Origin: Raillietiella orientalis
Lineage: Eukaryota
DNA length: 64,000 bases
Assembly (NCBI GenBank): GCA_036172245.1
Contig: JAYWIR010000007.1
Span: 434,001 to 498,000, forward strand
Direction: 5' to 3'
Positions 62,401 to 64,000 of the stretch are shown here, piece by piece. Each line of letters begins with the position of its first letter. The stretch's first letter is position 1. Position numbers and translations under genes: made by a program. The notes beneath the pieces were generated by a model, which saw only the letters and a program-made list of their open reading frames with translations, was not told the origin of the DNA and ran no database searches.

Positions 62401-63930
62401 CGTCTCCCTGATCCGGCTCTGGCTCTGGCTCCAGGATGCCTTGCGGACGATGTCCTTTCCGTTTCCTGGAATCAGCAGCCTCTGCTATCGGCGACTCGTC
62501 TTCAGTCGTGGTGGATCTGTGCCAGGCCTCACTGTCACTCCCGGAGGCGTCGGCAGAAGCAGAGCGACCCCGCTTATTGGCTCAACGCCAGTCGTCGGGA
62601 GCTCCCCCGGGTGCAGCCCTCCGGTGGTGTGAGGCCCCTCTTAGAAACGTCGTGAGTTCCACGTCCGGGGTCCTGAGAATTCCGAGAATCTGAAAGGGAC
62701 GCGTCCGGTGTCGAGAGTTCTGGACCAGCACGGCTGTTGTCCTTCCCCTCGTGGATCTGCGTGAGCGCGCAAGTCGAACCCTTACACTTGGCCTCCCCTG
62801 GTCAGCCGGCGTCAGGCAGACCCCACGAACTTGTGGAACGATGGCGTGAGCGCGAATGGAGCATTGGCATGCTTCTGCCTTTTCCCTGTCTCAGGGAGGT
62901 CAATCTGAGCGCCTCCATCGAACGACCGCTCGCCCACGGTGCTCTTTCAAGCAACACCTCTTCTGAAGAGGGAAGGAGTCCTCTCCCGCCGACCCACCCT
63001 CGGGATCTTCTGAGTGGATCCTGGTGCGGTTCGCTTCCGAAAGGCGTTCGGGCTGGATGCATCTGGGTGTGAGATGCTGCTGTGTTCCCTTGCACTCGGG
63101 ATTGTGCTCTGCATGCTCCCGGGTCGCCGAACTTTTCCTTGACTTCCTCTCGTGAGTGGCCTGGATTTCGGCGCTCAGAGTTGCGTTGCTGCCGCTATGC
63201 TGCCGCTGTTGTCATGGTCTCTCTCCCCCTTTCTGCGACTGCTGCCGGAAGAAGTCCCAAGCCAGAGGGTTTTCCTTTGGCGAGGACCTGCCGTCTCTCC
63301 TTCTCAGGAAATGCGGCCGTCTCTTCCGGGATCGAGAAGGGCATCCTTTCGGTCCGCAGACTCCTGCCCTCGGCCCACGAGCCGCTGCCGCTGCTCAACC
63401 GTCGCTCCCGTGGTTTCCGGAACGCGGAGGTGCCGGCGACGTTCCTTGGGGTGTGCTTAACGGTCACTGCTGGATGATCTTGAGGCGAGGTCGGTGACCT
63501 TGGCCGAGAAGACTTTTCTGAAGCGTCGTAGCTGCCTCACGACGATCTAAGCCGCCACCATCCTCTCCGCTCGGGTGTGGCTGTCAAGGCGAAAGGGGAA
63601 GAGGGATAGTCCAGTGTCAGGGCTCCATAAGCCGCTCGGTTGACCACCTCGCGTTGGAGTGTGGTCTGGGTCCCGCGTTCAAGGAACTTGCGACTCCTGG
63701 CGACTAGGGTGCGCCGCGAGGCGTTGCCGGAGAGGTTTCCGGGAACCCTGCAGCATCCTTTCTTCTTCTCTGGGTCCCCATCTAGCCTTCCGGAGCGAAG
63801 TTCCGTGCTCCCAGGGAAACCAGTCTTCGGCAAGTGACTGAGAGGAGCTGCACGCGGGAGAGTCTCGCAGTAGGGCTGGCCGACTGTTGGCGGAAAAGAG
63901 CTGGGAGTAGGTTGCATGCACCCCATCCTC
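59480..63930 (+). mobile_element. Long decayed L1/Tx1-type element (ORF1, APE endonuclease, start of RT), running to the window end
   Basis: ORF1-like region with GQC..LWGKG (~60220); LVFREAH (cf. LQETH), VLVACD (GDFN position), DSRLDH at 62377-62394, AYWLNAS (cf. WKLN.SLL), SGLD, PLPLLN (cf. RPISLLN), RSSVLPGKP (cf. RSVRQG.P). Confidence 0.55.
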
Positions 63931-64000
63931 TCACAGATCCCGGGTGGAAAAATTCCGTGTCGATTTCCCCTTTGGCAATGCCGCGCGTTCGTCCTCGCGC

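Noticed and set aside
1..64000. CRISPR array, operon or prokaryotic defence system
   Set aside because: No regularly spaced repeats or prokaryotic gene organisation; all supported genes are intron-containing eukaryotic genes.

Overview
Eukaryotic (invertebrate, most likely arthropod) genomic DNA, not prokaryotic: GT-AG introns, very short introns (39-71 nt) and abundant homopolymers. Three host genes are supported. (1) The 3' coding exons of a Shab/Kv2 voltage-gated K+ channel on + (about 3.6-12.2 kb; channel core lies upstream of the window). (2) A triple-RRM RBM46/RBM47/A1CF-family RNA-binding protein gene on - (17347-15545). (3) A complete six-exon plastin/fimbrin gene on - (29477-26406, 628 aa). 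Most remaining sequence is a dense graveyard of decayed retroelements recognisable only from collinear motif remnants: at least six Penelope-like (RT + GIY-YIG) relics, many L1/Tx1-clade LINE pieces, other LINE RT fragments and a possible hAT remnant. The most unusual element is a Tx1-like family present as 7 or more 3' ends. They share a structured 3' terminus (hairpin, AATAAA, second hairpin, GGGTGRAAA) with no poly(A) tail, are stacked in tandem at 23-25.5 kb, and include one apparent twin-primed 5' inversion. No CRISPR array, rRNA or intact tRNA was seen. All transposon calls are by-eye motif recognition and need profile searches.
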